From: Calditrichaceae bacterium
Lineage (GTDB): Bacteria > Calditrichota > Calditrichia > Calditrichales > JBFXGD01
Length of the DNA stretch: 64,000 nucleotides
NCBI GenBank assembly: GCA_050173015.1
Contig: JBFXLE010000001.1
Coordinates: 64,001-128,000, forward strand
Reading direction: 5' to 3'
Positions 1-9,200 of the stretch are shown piece after piece. Below the pieces are notes generated by a model. That model had not been told where the DNA came from. It saw nothing but the letters and a program-made list of their open reading frames with translations, and made no database searches. The position numbers and the translations under genes were made by a program. The stretch's first letter is position 1; the number at the start of each line of letters is the position of its first letter.

Positions 1-279
1 CAGGAGCGAGGAACGGGCCGTTGGTTTGTCGGGAGCATTACTGATGAGCATCAGCGATCGGTGACCATTGACTTTAGTTTCCTTGATGATGGTGTTGAAT
101 ACCAGGCGGTTATTTATAAGGATGGCCCGGACGCGCATTGGAACGACAATCCGGAGAGTATTAAAATTGTTGACGAGGAGCTGGATCGGAGATCAAAAAT
201 GAGCTTCACGCTGGCGCCGGGAGGCGGGCTGGCGATCAGTTTACAGCCGGTAGTAGGGAAAGAAAAGTCTGGGATGTGA
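1..279 (+). CDS. Glycoside hydrolase family 97 (SusB-like), C-terminal part; 5' end is outside the window
   Basis: Frame 1 is open from base 1: QERGTGRWFVGSITDEHQRSVTIDFSFL...YKDGPDAHW...LAPGGGLAISL, typical of the GH97 C-terminal domain. Confidence 0.85.
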   Translation, partial: QERGTGRWFVGSITDEHQRSVTIDFSFLDDGVEYQAVIYKDGPDAHWNDNPESIKIVDEELDRRSKMSFTLAPGGGLAISLQPVVGKEKSGM

Positions 280-289
280 TTAAGGGGCG

Positions 290-396
290 GAACTCTGATT
301 TGTGTGATTTAATGATGAAGATGATTAAAGAAACCGGAAATCAGAGTCTTCATTTAATCACGCGAACCCGCCGGAGGCGGACAGGTCATAGTTCAG
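290..396. repeat. Imperfect palindromic (REP-like) intergenic element
   Basis: GAACTCTGATTTGTGTGATT pairs with AATCACGCGAA[19-nt insert]TCATAGTTC; the right arm recurs at 9599-9640. Confidence 0.55.
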
Positions 397-578
397 GCAA
401 AGAAGTAAGAATTTGAGAGCGTTAAGAGAAATGAGTACGGACGGGTTAAATTTGGTCGCCCGGCGGTTTAAACATAAAAAACGTCCTGACCATTTGCGCA
501 TGGAAAGCGGATAATTTTAATGGAATTAAATTTACTAAAATTTAAGATCAAATTGAAGACTATTAATTATAACCCCCA

Positions 579-706
579 ATATGACAAGATGTTCAGTGGC
601 GAAGGACGATGGGGCAATGAAGCTACATCGAGAAATAAGCTTTGTGAAGGCACCGAAGCGACCCATTCAAAAAGAGCCCTTTGTCCACTGAAGCAAAATG
701 TTATGT
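579..706 (-). mobile_element. attC site (last of array; R' core is degenerate GTC)
   Basis: + strand ATATGAC-AAGA-TGTTCAGTGGCGAAGG ... CCTTTG(T)CCACTGAA(G)CA-AAAT-GTTATGT; arms pair with two unpaired bases. Confidence 0.65.
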
Positions 707-808
707 GCTTTTCGAATGTTTTAAACACACTGCTGTTTTGATGGCGTCTATCCCTTGTTAGCCACGGGTATTCTTGCGATAGACAGAAAGTAACATTCAT
801 TAACCCGG

Positions 809-1729
809 TTATTCAAATTTTATATGATGTCTTCGTGACCACCAACGTATAATGAGAAGGGCAAGTATAATAATCGGAATGACAATAACACTACCCTCCG
901 GACCAAACGCACCTCCGCTTAACCAATCCGGGCTAGTAGCGGTCTGGTCTATCAGCGTAGCTTTTTTATGCCCACTCGCAGCATATCCAAAAATTGGTCC
1001 CTGGAAAAAGTTCCACCCAATATGCATACCGATTGACAACCATAACATTTTTGTTGCAAGATAACCATAGATACGCAAAAGACCAAATAAGACAATAATG
1101 GATGATGAAAGTAATCCAGCATTAGGATTCGTGGAATGAATTAATCCATAGATAAGGCAGGAGATAGCAATAGCTAATTTCATGCCCATTCCGGCAATCA
1201 TATTTTGGAAAAGGTAGCCCCTGAATACCAACTCTTCCCAATAGCCTACGAGTATGGTTTCCAATAAAAGAATGGATAATGAACCAATTGAGATAACACT
1301 CATGAATCTAACAAAGTAAGAAGACTGGTCATTCAGTTCATGTGAATTCCCAACTTTGATTCCATTATACTCAATAAGTCCTAGAATTATCATCAAAGAA
1401 AATACCAGACCGGCCATCAATCCACTTAAAAAAAAACCGAATACTATATCTTGAGTAGCGCTTTTATCAATTTTTAATCCTAATGAAACAAAAGAACGCT
1501 TATCCAATAATCTCCTCGCTAAAGGAACTGCAATTGATGCACCAATAGCTAAAATTGATAATATAACTATGCTGTAATTCTCTAGGAATTCCTTTTTTGA
1601 AATCTCTCCCAAAAGTGGTTTTATTGCTAATATCATAGCAGAGAATAGCCAGAACATCATGATAAAAATCAATATTCTCCAACCTGCACGTAACCTGCCT
1701 TCATCTGAATTGTAAAAGTATTTTTTCAT
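809..1729 (-). CDS. CPBP family (CAAX protease/Abi) intramembrane glutamic endopeptidase; cassette gene
   Basis: EELVFRGY, YGLIH and HIGWN motifs; multiple TM helices; RLRAGWR N-terminus. Confidence 0.9.
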   Translation of the reverse strand: MKKYFYNSDEGRLRAGWRILIFIMMFWLFSAMILAIKPLLGEISKKEFLENYSIVILSILAIGASIAVPLARRLLDKRSFVSLGLKIDKSATQDIVFGFFLSGLMAGLVFSLMIILGLIEYNGIKVGNSHELNDQSSYFVRFMSVISIGSLSILLLETILVGYWEELVFRGYLFQNMIAGMGMKLAIAISCLIYGLIHSTNPNAGLLSSSIIVLFGLLRIYGYLATKMLWLSIGMHIGWNFFQGPIFGYAASGHKKATLIDQTATSPDWLSGGAFGPEGSVIVIPIIILALLIIRWWSRRHHIKFE

Positions 1730-1818
1730 AGCCTTTCATTTCTCATCAAGGTTCCGGCGTCTCTTTAATTGTATCTTCGACTGTTAATTGGGAGGCGTAA
1801 ACACATTTCTTTTCTTAC

Positions 1819-1915
1819 ACATAACGCCACATTATAACCTGATTTTACACAGGTAAATTTGCAAACCCTGAAGCAGCCTCCGCGTGTAAAATTCAGGTTG
1901 ATAATTTTGTTATAT
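1819..1915 (-). mobile_element. attC site
   Basis: + strand ACATAAC-GCCAC-ATTAT AACCTG ATTTTACAC ... GTGTAAAAT(T)CAGGTT(G)ATAAT-TTT-GTTATAT; canonical extrahelical T and G on the bottom strand; 13 bp after the stop of the upstream gene. Confidence 0.9.
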
Positions 1916-1928
1916 GGCATTGCAAAAT

Positions 1929-3977
1929 TTATATTTTAAGTTCGAAATCTTTTATTTGTTTTAACTTTTTCTCATAAACTTTATTAAATATTTTGTCATA
2001 TATTTTAAAATGAAGCTGAAATGGGTCATATTTTTTACCTAAAATCCTTAATGTAATTGTTACTCCGAGTGTAACAATAAATGCGATTGGTTCAATCTTA
2101 TCCCAATTGTTTAATATTGCCGAGGCAAAGGAAAACAACGCAATAAAAAAGAAAAATAACATTGTATAACTAATAATGTTTAGCCACCTTTTTGCAATCG
2201 TTTCAGATTGAATTTCTTGTTTCTTTTTCCACTTAATAATTGTTTCTATTAGATTTTCATCCTGGCGTTTCTTTTCATTTTCTAATTCTTTAACTCTTTG
2301 CTCTAAAGCTTTAAACTGATTGTCTGTCTCATCCAATTTTTGTTCTGAAATCTTTTTTTCCTTTGATATAAACTCAACTTCTTTTTTGGTACGTTTAATC
2401 TCTTCATCAAAAAACATGGCTAAATTTTTAATTTCCCCTTGATGTTTTTTATTGAGCCTTTCTTTTGCTTTCATAATATTATCTAATATCCATTCAGCTT
2501 CAATATTGTGTATATCTGATGGATCTGTATCTTTAAGTATTTCTTGAATATGATTATCATAAATCAGGATTGAAATATCTGTATCGTTAATTTTACCTTC
2601 ATCTCGAAGTATTTTTAAATTCTTATAGAATGCAGACCACACTGATCTGTCAATAAAAAAATGACGTGTATTTAACGATATCCAAGAAGTTAGATGAATC
2701 TCTTTATCATGTGTCGGATTTTTTAACCACAATAGATTAGTAAAAAGCTTATCAGGGATAACTTCACTTATTGTACCATTTTTTTTATGTTTATCTTCAT
2801 AATAATTAAATTTGGATAATTTTAAATCAGATGTTAAAAATAATGCATCACAATTTTCAATCTTTGTTCTACGTCCCCTTCTAAATCTAACAATTTGATC
2901 AATAGCCGCTAAATCATGATTTTGTTCTCTAGTACCTTGCTCATCTTTATAATGTTGTAGATTTGATTTTCTATTAGGATCAGATGGTTCATATTTTTTA
3001 ATATCAATGGGTGTTGATAGTATCCTAATGCCATATTCAGTTAATTTGTTCTCAATATTAACGATGAATTCTTTTACATCAGCAGATGTCCAACCTTGAG
3101 ATTTCAAACTACTATATAAAGAATCAATTTTGACTCCATCTGGATAATGAAATTGTTCATTCTGGTATTTCTTTAAAACATTTATCATTTCTTCAATTGT
3201 AAAATCAAAAATTCTTAATTCAATATTTTGTTGAGATTTAATTAATTCAAACAACTCGAGTGCTGGTTTATTCTGTTCTATATAGCGCATACCTAACAGA
3301 CTAAACATATAGTTTGAATCTAGGAAAACTCTTATGTTATCTAATTTCTTATCAGGCTCTTCTAGACTATCAGTATAAATGATTGAACTAATAATACCAC
3401 CAATGATAATGTCCTGAAGAGTTTTAAATAAATGTGGCTTAGAATTTTCAACATAAAATAAAAAATCTATTATTTCAGATTCGAATTTATCTACGTTTTC
3501 TTTTGGAGGTTTCTCAGAATGGTTTGAACCACCTAAAAATGGTTCAAAAATTTCTATATTTTCCTTTACTACTTTTTCAATAATTAATTCAATTTGTTTT
3601 TTAGGAATCTTTATAGAATGGGTCTTTTTCAAAAAAGTTTGTGCTTCTTCAACGAACTCATTTATTCTTCTTACTTCATCACGTTCAGATTCTAAAGTTG
3701 AAACAAATTTTACTCCTTCATCAGTTAGATAGCATTTTCTCTGATATCTTTTTAAAAAACCTTTCCTTTTTGCTCTTGTTGCTATAATACTTAAAGAATG
3801 TATTGGCACCGTAAGGTTGAACTTAGATTTAATTTCTTCTTGTATCGTTTCGAGTGATGATCCAGTTTTATCTAAGGGTAATACGTTTATAATTAGTGGA
3901 TAAAAGGAGTCAATATAATCTTCCCCTTTATTGTATAAACAACGAATTAATGTGTAAGTATATATTCTGCTATACAT
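1929..3977 (-). CDS. Uncharacterised protein: wHTH-like N-terminus, PIN-like domain, coiled coil, two C-terminal TM helices; cassette gene
   Basis: VFLDSNY, TIEE, NHDLAAI and FLTSDLKL resemble PIN acidic motifs; KQ/E-rich coiled coil; two hydrophobic segments near the C-terminus. Confidence 0.65.
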   Translation of the reverse strand: MYSRIYTYTLIRCLYNKGEDYIDSFYPLIINVLPLDKTGSSLETIQEEIKSKFNLTVPIHSLSIIATRAKRKGFLKRYQRKCYLTDEGVKFVSTLESERDEVRRINEFVEEAQTFLKKTHSIKIPKKQIELIIEKVVKENIEIFEPFLGGSNHSEKPPKENVDKFESEIIDFLFYVENSKPHLFKTLQDIIIGGIISSIIYTDSLEEPDKKLDNIRVFLDSNYMFSLLGMRYIEQNKPALELFELIKSQQNIELRIFDFTIEEMINVLKKYQNEQFHYPDGVKIDSLYSSLKSQGWTSADVKEFIVNIENKLTEYGIRILSTPIDIKKYEPSDPNRKSNLQHYKDEQGTREQNHDLAAIDQIVRFRRGRRTKIENCDALFLTSDLKLSKFNYYEDKHKKNGTISEVIPDKLFTNLLWLKNPTHDKEIHLTSWISLNTRHFFIDRSVWSAFYKNLKILRDEGKINDTDISILIYDNHIQEILKDTDPSDIHNIEAEWILDNIMKAKERLNKKHQGEIKNLAMFFDEEIKRTKKEVEFISKEKKISEQKLDETDNQFKALEQRVKELENEKKRQDENLIETIIKWKKKQEIQSETIAKRWLNIISYTMLFFFFIALFSFASAILNNWDKIEPIAFIVTLGVTITLRILGKKYDPFQLHFKIYDKIFNKVYEKKLKQIKDFELKI

Positions 3978-4019
3978 TAAATTTTCCTAGGTTATAAATG
4001 AAACTGATCTCGAATAGCC

Positions 4020-4150
4020 ATGTAACGTTTTGGCTAACTTGCCGCAGGATTGCGGGGCACAGACTTTGAATAACCAATAAAACTTGGTGCGGGCTTCAAA
4101 ACTCGAAAAACCGCACAGCCCCTGCGGTCAAGTTGAGCCAATTGTTATAT
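4020..4150 (-). mobile_element. attC site
   Basis: + strand ATGTAAC-GTTT-TGGCT AACTTG CCGCAGG ... CCTGCGG(T)CAAGTT(G)AGCCA-ATT-GTTATAT; extrahelical T and G; the upstream gene stops inside the site. Confidence 0.92.
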
Positions 4151-5579
4151 TGCCTTTATTGTTTTCTAATTTTGATAATTCTTCCGAAATCAAATCATCA
4201 ATTTGCTGCCGCAATGTTTTTACTTTTTCACGAGCTTTTTCTGATTGAACTTCTCTCTCTTGAATTTCTTTTACTATTTGCTCTTGAGTTTTATATGTTG
4301 GAATAGGAACTTTGATATTGAGTATATCTGTTGAAATAATTCTTGGATGTTCTTTACCGCTCATTAAAAATTTACTCTTTTCCAAATATTCTTTAGAGAG
4401 TAGTAAATATCTAATATATTCGGACATTGCTATATTTTTATCACGAATCTCAAAAGGGATAAACTCAGTTGTTCCAATTAATTTTTTTTCAGGTATATTT
4501 AAAATTGTGTAACCCAAATATGGACGTAGTTTATTAGTAAGAAAATCACATTCACCAAACTCAATTCGATCAGAACCTAATTCAATAACTATATTTTCAA
4601 AATCAATAATTTTACCATTGGGCGATTCGACCTGTTCAAAATCTATTAGAATTCTTGGTTCATTAAGGAAGCCCTTTTTAAATGTATTTTTATCGCTTAA
4701 TTTTATTATTCTTTTTAATGGTAATAAATCATATTTGTCAGCAGTCCCTTCAAATAAAAATCCCTTATGATTAAACCAAAAATCATTGTATTCTGCACCA
4801 ATACGTAATGCTTTATTATTAGCAATATAATTAAGATCCGTTACTAAATTTTCAACTCTATATGTTTGTAGTGATTTCGTTTTCAGTGAATATTTGCTGA
4901 ATATTTCATCTATAATTACTTGTAGAGATTCAACATTTCCTTTTTCTTTATATAAATGATTTTCAAGTTTTCCAATTTTATCAATAATTTCTTTTTGTTT
5001 GCTTAATTCGATTGACGGTATTTCCAAATTAAAAAAATCATCCCTTTGAATTCTTGGATGACTTTGACTTTTTCCAGAACGAAGAAATACTGCTTTTTCT
5101 CTAAAAGAATTATGTAATAGGAAATATTTAAGGAGCTTTGGTTTTATTTTATGTTTATTGACAATCAGAGGATAGAATTCTGTTGAACCAATAATTTCAA
5201 TATCATTTTCAGATATATCACTAAGCAGAAAAACGTAACCAATATGACTATTCAATTTTGAAAACGCTAAATCTGCATCGCTTAGATAAATTTTATCAGA
5301 ACCAATAACATCTGTAATATTTTCATGTAAATTTATTGGAAAACCAGTTTCAGGTTCGATATTAGCCAAATCAATTAGTTGATATGTTGTGCTAAGTGAA
5401 TCTTTTTTGATAACTTTTGCCGATGCAAACATAGCAACATTTTTTATTTTAATGGTATCAATATTATAATCAAATATTTTACCATTTCTTGATTTCCAAA
5501 AATCTACATACCTACTACCAAAACGTAAAAGAAAACGTTTACCAATATCAGAAAAATTTGTTTCTGCAATCATTTCCAT
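4128..5579 (-). CDS. Restriction-modification specificity (S) subunit with two TRDs
   Basis: Two internally homologous halves (SKLNSHIG/NKLRPYLG; GSTEF/GTTEF; HPRI...IP...Q..I), each followed by a helical spacer; overlaps the methylase stop. Confidence 0.85.
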   Translation of the reverse strand: MEMIAETNFSDIGKRFLLRFGSRYVDFWKSRNGKIFDYNIDTIKIKNVAMFASAKVIKKDSLSTTYQLIDLANIEPETGFPINLHENITDVIGSDKIYLSDADLAFSKLNSHIGYVFLLSDISENDIEIIGSTEFYPLIVNKHKIKPKLLKYFLLHNSFREKAVFLRSGKSQSHPRIQRDDFFNLEIPSIELSKQKEIIDKIGKLENHLYKEKGNVESLQVIIDEIFSKYSLKTKSLQTYRVENLVTDLNYIANNKALRIGAEYNDFWFNHKGFLFEGTADKYDLLPLKRIIKLSDKNTFKKGFLNEPRILIDFEQVESPNGKIIDFENIVIELGSDRIEFGECDFLTNKLRPYLGYTILNIPEKKLIGTTEFIPFEIRDKNIAMSEYIRYLLLSKEYLEKSKFLMSGKEHPRIISTDILNIKVPIPTYKTQEQIVKEIQEREVQSEKAREKVKTLRQQIDDLISEELSKLENNKGNITIGST

Positions 5580-7960
5580 TCCACTTTTTGAATGAAGTAA
5601 TCCAAAATATAATTGGGATTTTTATTGTCAATAATAATAGTTCTATTTCCATCTATTACTTTAGAATCGAATAATTCATTCGATCTAATTTCTTCCTTAT
5701 TTGCACCACGTTTATAGCCGATCTCTTCTGCATGAGCCATAAAAATTGTATAATTCAATTCTTTACTGACTCTATTGAATACCCACCAATCAGTATCAAT
5801 TTGCTTTATGTCATCTTCGTATTTTTCTTTTAATTCTAAGATGGGAAGAGAATCATCATTTGAATCATAAAGATTTAAAATATACTTTTTTAATAATTTT
5901 ATAAATTCTGGTTTTATTTCTTCAGTGGTTTTTCTTTTCTTCAGTTTATCAAATTCTTTCTTTGTTAATTCAAATTCTTTTTTATACTTATCCCACTTTT
6001 CTACCCATTGTTCAACTTCTCTCTCAGATTTTTTTTGTGCGAATAAAAGACTGGTTTTGGTCATTGTGTATGGAGCAAATGCTAAATGAGGTAAAGATAT
6101 TACTGCCCTTACCCAAAAATATTTAAAGATAAATAACCTTATCTCTCTATTACTTGTGGTGTCAAATACTGATTCAGGAAGAACAACGCCCAATCTGCCA
6201 TTTGGACGTAAGAGCTGATACCATCTTTCAGTAAATAAATTTTCCGTGTCAACTTCCTTTTTAGCTTCTTTCTTTAAAGAATTTGCTATTTTCTTTCCCT
6301 GCAAATATAATTCAGGGAACTGTTTTGCAGTTTCTCTATCAACTGTTACACTAAAAGGAGGATTTGAAATTACGATATCAAATTGTTCATTAACCAATTT
6401 TTCATATACTTCATTTTTCGATTCAATATTTAAAAGTTTTGCATTATCATATTTGCTAAATTTAATTAAACCATCAGCGGGATGGATATTTGCAGAACCA
6501 TCACCATGTCCTACCATATTAACCTTACTCGCCATTGCTAAATCAGGATTTATTTCAATTCCATAAATGAATTCTTTTGCCCATACATTTCTTTTTCTTT
6601 CAGGGAAATTAACTTCCAAAAATTCTTCCACATCATCAGTCTGTCTTAGAATGGTGTATTTACCTTTATCCGCTAAAATATGGTTTGTTATTTCCTTCAT
6701 TGTCTGTATTAAAAATGTTCCTGATCCACATGCTGGATCAATTACAAATGGCAGTCTTGGTCGCCCATCTTTACCATTAATTAAATCGAAAGCCAACTCA
6801 TCAATTTTTAAAGCTTTCACTATAAAATCGACAATATTGTGGTGAGTCAGGTATTGCCCTTTTGTTTGCTTGAGTTCAGACCTGACAATCTTTTCAAAAA
6901 AATCACCCAATACGTCATATTTATTTGCTGTAAATGAGATACTTTGAATAGTTTCAACGACATATTTAACTTTGTTGGCATCGAATACAATATCTGGAGT
7001 CTTTTTTAATTTCTCGTCAGAATAGCCAAGAAGATAATTCAATGCACACTGCGTATATTTCTTTGTCTTATTATCAAGTTCACCACGATATAATCTATTT
7101 ATTCTTTCATAAGTTTTTTCAGCAGGTTCGCTTGTATCGCCTTCAAAAAATATTTGAAAATCATATGGCTCGCCATTAGCTTTGATTTTCTCATCCATAA
7201 TTTTAGTTAAAAATAGTCCTATAAGATTATAAAACAACTCGTTTTGGTGCTGACCGCCGCCCCACAACACATTGTGTAAATCATCAGCAATTCGATCTAA
7301 TTCTTCCTTTTTAACATTATCTCTCAGTTGATTTTCAGGATTCAAACTACCTTTTATAAATTTCGGTGGTTTATCAACAATCCCATAATTCTTTGGGATT
7401 ACCCTTAAATTGGGTCGTCCAGCTTCTTCCCACTGTTCCCATGTTTTGAATTTTGTATAATCTATGACTTGTGTTTTTTCAATTAATTCAGAATCATCAT
7501 AGTATCTGGTATAATAAATCAGATAATTTAAAATTCCACTTCCCTTATCTTCATTAGCAGCTCTTTCAAATAATTGAGTTTTAATAGAATCTTCAAAATA
7601 TTTTTCATAATCACTTTCAGATTTTAGTTCAAAGATTGCAAATGGTGTTTTGTCAGGACGATAAAGAATAATGTCCAATAAGCTTTTGTTTATTTTATAG
7701 GGGTGGCCAATTGTTCTTTTAAATTCTAAATCAATTATTTCTTTGTTATTTTTATAGCCATATTTTTCAATTAAATCATAGAATAGTCCGACTCTCACTT
7801 TTTCTTCAGGATCATCAAAATTATCTGAAAATGATTGTGTAAGATATGTTACTTTTCCATCTTCAATTTTGAAATATGACTTTTGGCTTCCATTTTTTAT
7901 AAGTGAATCGAAATCTTTTGGATAAGCTTCATCTGTTTTAATGTATCTTTTCGGTGTCAT
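5570..7960 (-). CDS. N6-adenine DNA methyltransferase with N-terminal HsdR_N-like PD-(D/E)xK nuclease domain (type IIG/IIB-like RM subunit)
   Basis: GQYLT, IDPACGSGTFL (motif I), ISNPPF (motif IV), VVLPES; N-terminal PEEKVR...YGY...LDII...IFELK; no helicase motifs. Confidence 0.88.
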   Translation of the reverse strand: MTPKRYIKTDEAYPKDFDSLIKNGSQKSYFKIEDGKVTYLTQSFSDNFDDPEEKVRVGLFYDLIEKYGYKNNKEIIDLEFKRTIGHPYKINKSLLDIILYRPDKTPFAIFELKSESDYEKYFEDSIKTQLFERAANEDKGSGILNYLIYYTRYYDDSELIEKTQVIDYTKFKTWEQWEEAGRPNLRVIPKNYGIVDKPPKFIKGSLNPENQLRDNVKKEELDRIADDLHNVLWGGGQHQNELFYNLIGLFLTKIMDEKIKANGEPYDFQIFFEGDTSEPAEKTYERINRLYRGELDNKTKKYTQCALNYLLGYSDEKLKKTPDIVFDANKVKYVVETIQSISFTANKYDVLGDFFEKIVRSELKQTKGQYLTHHNIVDFIVKALKIDELAFDLINGKDGRPRLPFVIDPACGSGTFLIQTMKEITNHILADKGKYTILRQTDDVEEFLEVNFPERKRNVWAKEFIYGIEINPDLAMASKVNMVGHGDGSANIHPADGLIKFSKYDNAKLLNIESKNEVYEKLVNEQFDIVISNPPFSVTVDRETAKQFPELYLQGKKIANSLKKEAKKEVDTENLFTERWYQLLRPNGRLGVVLPESVFDTTSNREIRLFIFKYFWVRAVISLPHLAFAPYTMTKTSLLFAQKKSEREVEQWVEKWDKYKKEFELTKKEFDKLKKRKTTEEIKPEFIKLLKKYILNLYDSNDDSLPILELKEKYEDDIKQIDTDWWVFNRVSKELNYTIFMAHAEEIGYKRGANKEEIRSNELFDSKVIDGNRTIIIDNKNPNYILDYFIQKVEWK

Positions 7961-8631
7961 ACAAGTTCCTTGTCCTTGAAACTAAAATATTGATTGTTGC
8001 CAATTATTATGTGATCGTGTAATAAAATTCCGATTGTTTCACAAGAATTTTTAATTTTTTTCGTTATTTCAATATCTGCATCACTTGGAGTCGGATTGCC
8101 AGAAGGATGATTATGAATACAGATAATTGAGGTAGCGCCATTCCTAAGAGCACTTTTAATTATTTCTCGTGTGTAAATATGGCTATGAGTTATTGTTCCT
8201 TTGAAAATATCTTCAATATTCATAATCTGATTTTGACCATTTAGATAAACTACTTTGAACAACTCGAAATCTAAATCTCTCATTGTTAAGTAAAGATAAT
8301 CATAAATGGATTTTGAATCTTCAACAATCTTCCGTTCTTTTAAATTTTCTTCTAAAAAACGCTTATTCAATTCAATCACGGCAAGCAACTGTGCAATTTT
8401 TGCTTTGCCTAATCCGTTAATTTTAAGCAAGGAATTTATATCTGAATTATACAATCCCCTAAGACCACCAAAATTATCAATTAAATCTTTAGCTAAATCA
8501 ATCGCACTTTTATTCTTAGTTCCAATTCTGAGAAAAATAGCTAACAACTCTTCAGTGGATAAATAATTAGCACCTTTATTAAGAAGTTTTTCTCGGGGTC
8601 TTTGATCTTCTGGTATTTCAGATATTTTCAT
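7957..8631 (-). CDS. radC: RadC family JAB-domain protein (full length, with HhH region)
   Basis: RPREKL...LSTEELLAI, GLGKAK, HNHPSGNPTPSDAD, LHDHIII; stop overlaps the methylase start (ATGA). Confidence 0.95.
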   Translation of the reverse strand: MKISEIPEDQRPREKLLNKGANYLSTEELLAIFLRIGTKNKSAIDLAKDLIDNFGGLRGLYNSDINSLLKINGLGKAKIAQLLAVIELNKRFLEENLKERKIVEDSKSIYDYLYLTMRDLDFELFKVVYLNGQNQIMNIEDIFKGTITHSHIYTREIIKSALRNGATSIICIHNHPSGNPTPSDADIEITKKIKNSCETIGILLHDHIIIGNNQYFSFKDKELV

Positions 8632-8661
8632 ATACTTTTTATGAGTGATGATTTCATATTA

Positions 8662-8690
8662 GCAATATAACATATTGATTAGACGTCTCT
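8662..8690 (-). mobile_element. Candidate attI site heading the cassette array
   Basis: Minus strand GTCTAAT-CAATAT-GTTATATTGC: an L-box-like element, a spacer and an R core, without attC-type long arms; core is complementary to R'' at 4144-4153. Confidence 0.55.
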
Positions 8691-8706
8691 GTTATTTATC
8701 CTTTTA

Positions 8707-8784
8707 TTCTAATATTGGAAAACATTTTCTAGATATAGAAATCTTATTCTAATGTTAGAAAAAAAAATATTTCCAATATCGTAA
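8707..8784. promoter_or_regulatory. Phased palindromic sites TTCTA-N4-T(A/G)GAA
   Basis: TTCTAATATTGGAA (8707), TTCTAGATATAGAA (8727), TTCTAATGTTAGAA (8747); weaker copy at 8771. Confidence 0.5.
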
Positions 8785-9125
8785 AAATTAACCATCGGAA
8801 ACAGCTCGCTCCTGCGTTCAATTGATCAAGAGTATTTAAGACCTATCCCAGGTCATTATTGGTTTGTTTTCTTAAAACCCGCATGAGACGATATCCAAAT
8901 AACAAGCGTCATCTATTTGTATCAAAATCAACTTTGTCATCATTTTCAATGATTGAAGAAAAAATATAAGATGAAACTAAAATCGTTATCATTATAATCA
9001 TATATATTGAAAATTTCAAGTATCTAATGTATCCAGACAGAATGGTTTATGAAGAATCTTTTATCTCATGTCATCCATATTTTGGCATGTATCCCGGTCG
9101 TTTTTTTTCAGTATCATTAACGTTC

Positions 9126-9167
9126 AAAAATAAAAACTCCCGAAGCCTGTAATGGGGCTCCGGGAGT
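9126..9167 (-). terminator. Probable intrinsic terminator
   Basis: ACTCCCGAAGCC / GGCTCCGGGAGT stem preceded by an A-run on + (U-run on -). Confidence 0.55.
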
Positions 9168-9200
9168 GGGGTTTTGTTTCCCATGCATGTCTAAGGTACG

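Noticed and set aside
520-800. ORFs 520-741 (+) and 567-800 (-)
   Set aside because: They overlap the attC site, lack a convincing RBS and show no recognisable protein features
4128-7960. Classical type I RM (hsdRMS)
   Set aside because: No DEAD-box motor subunit; the nuclease-like domain is fused to the methylase
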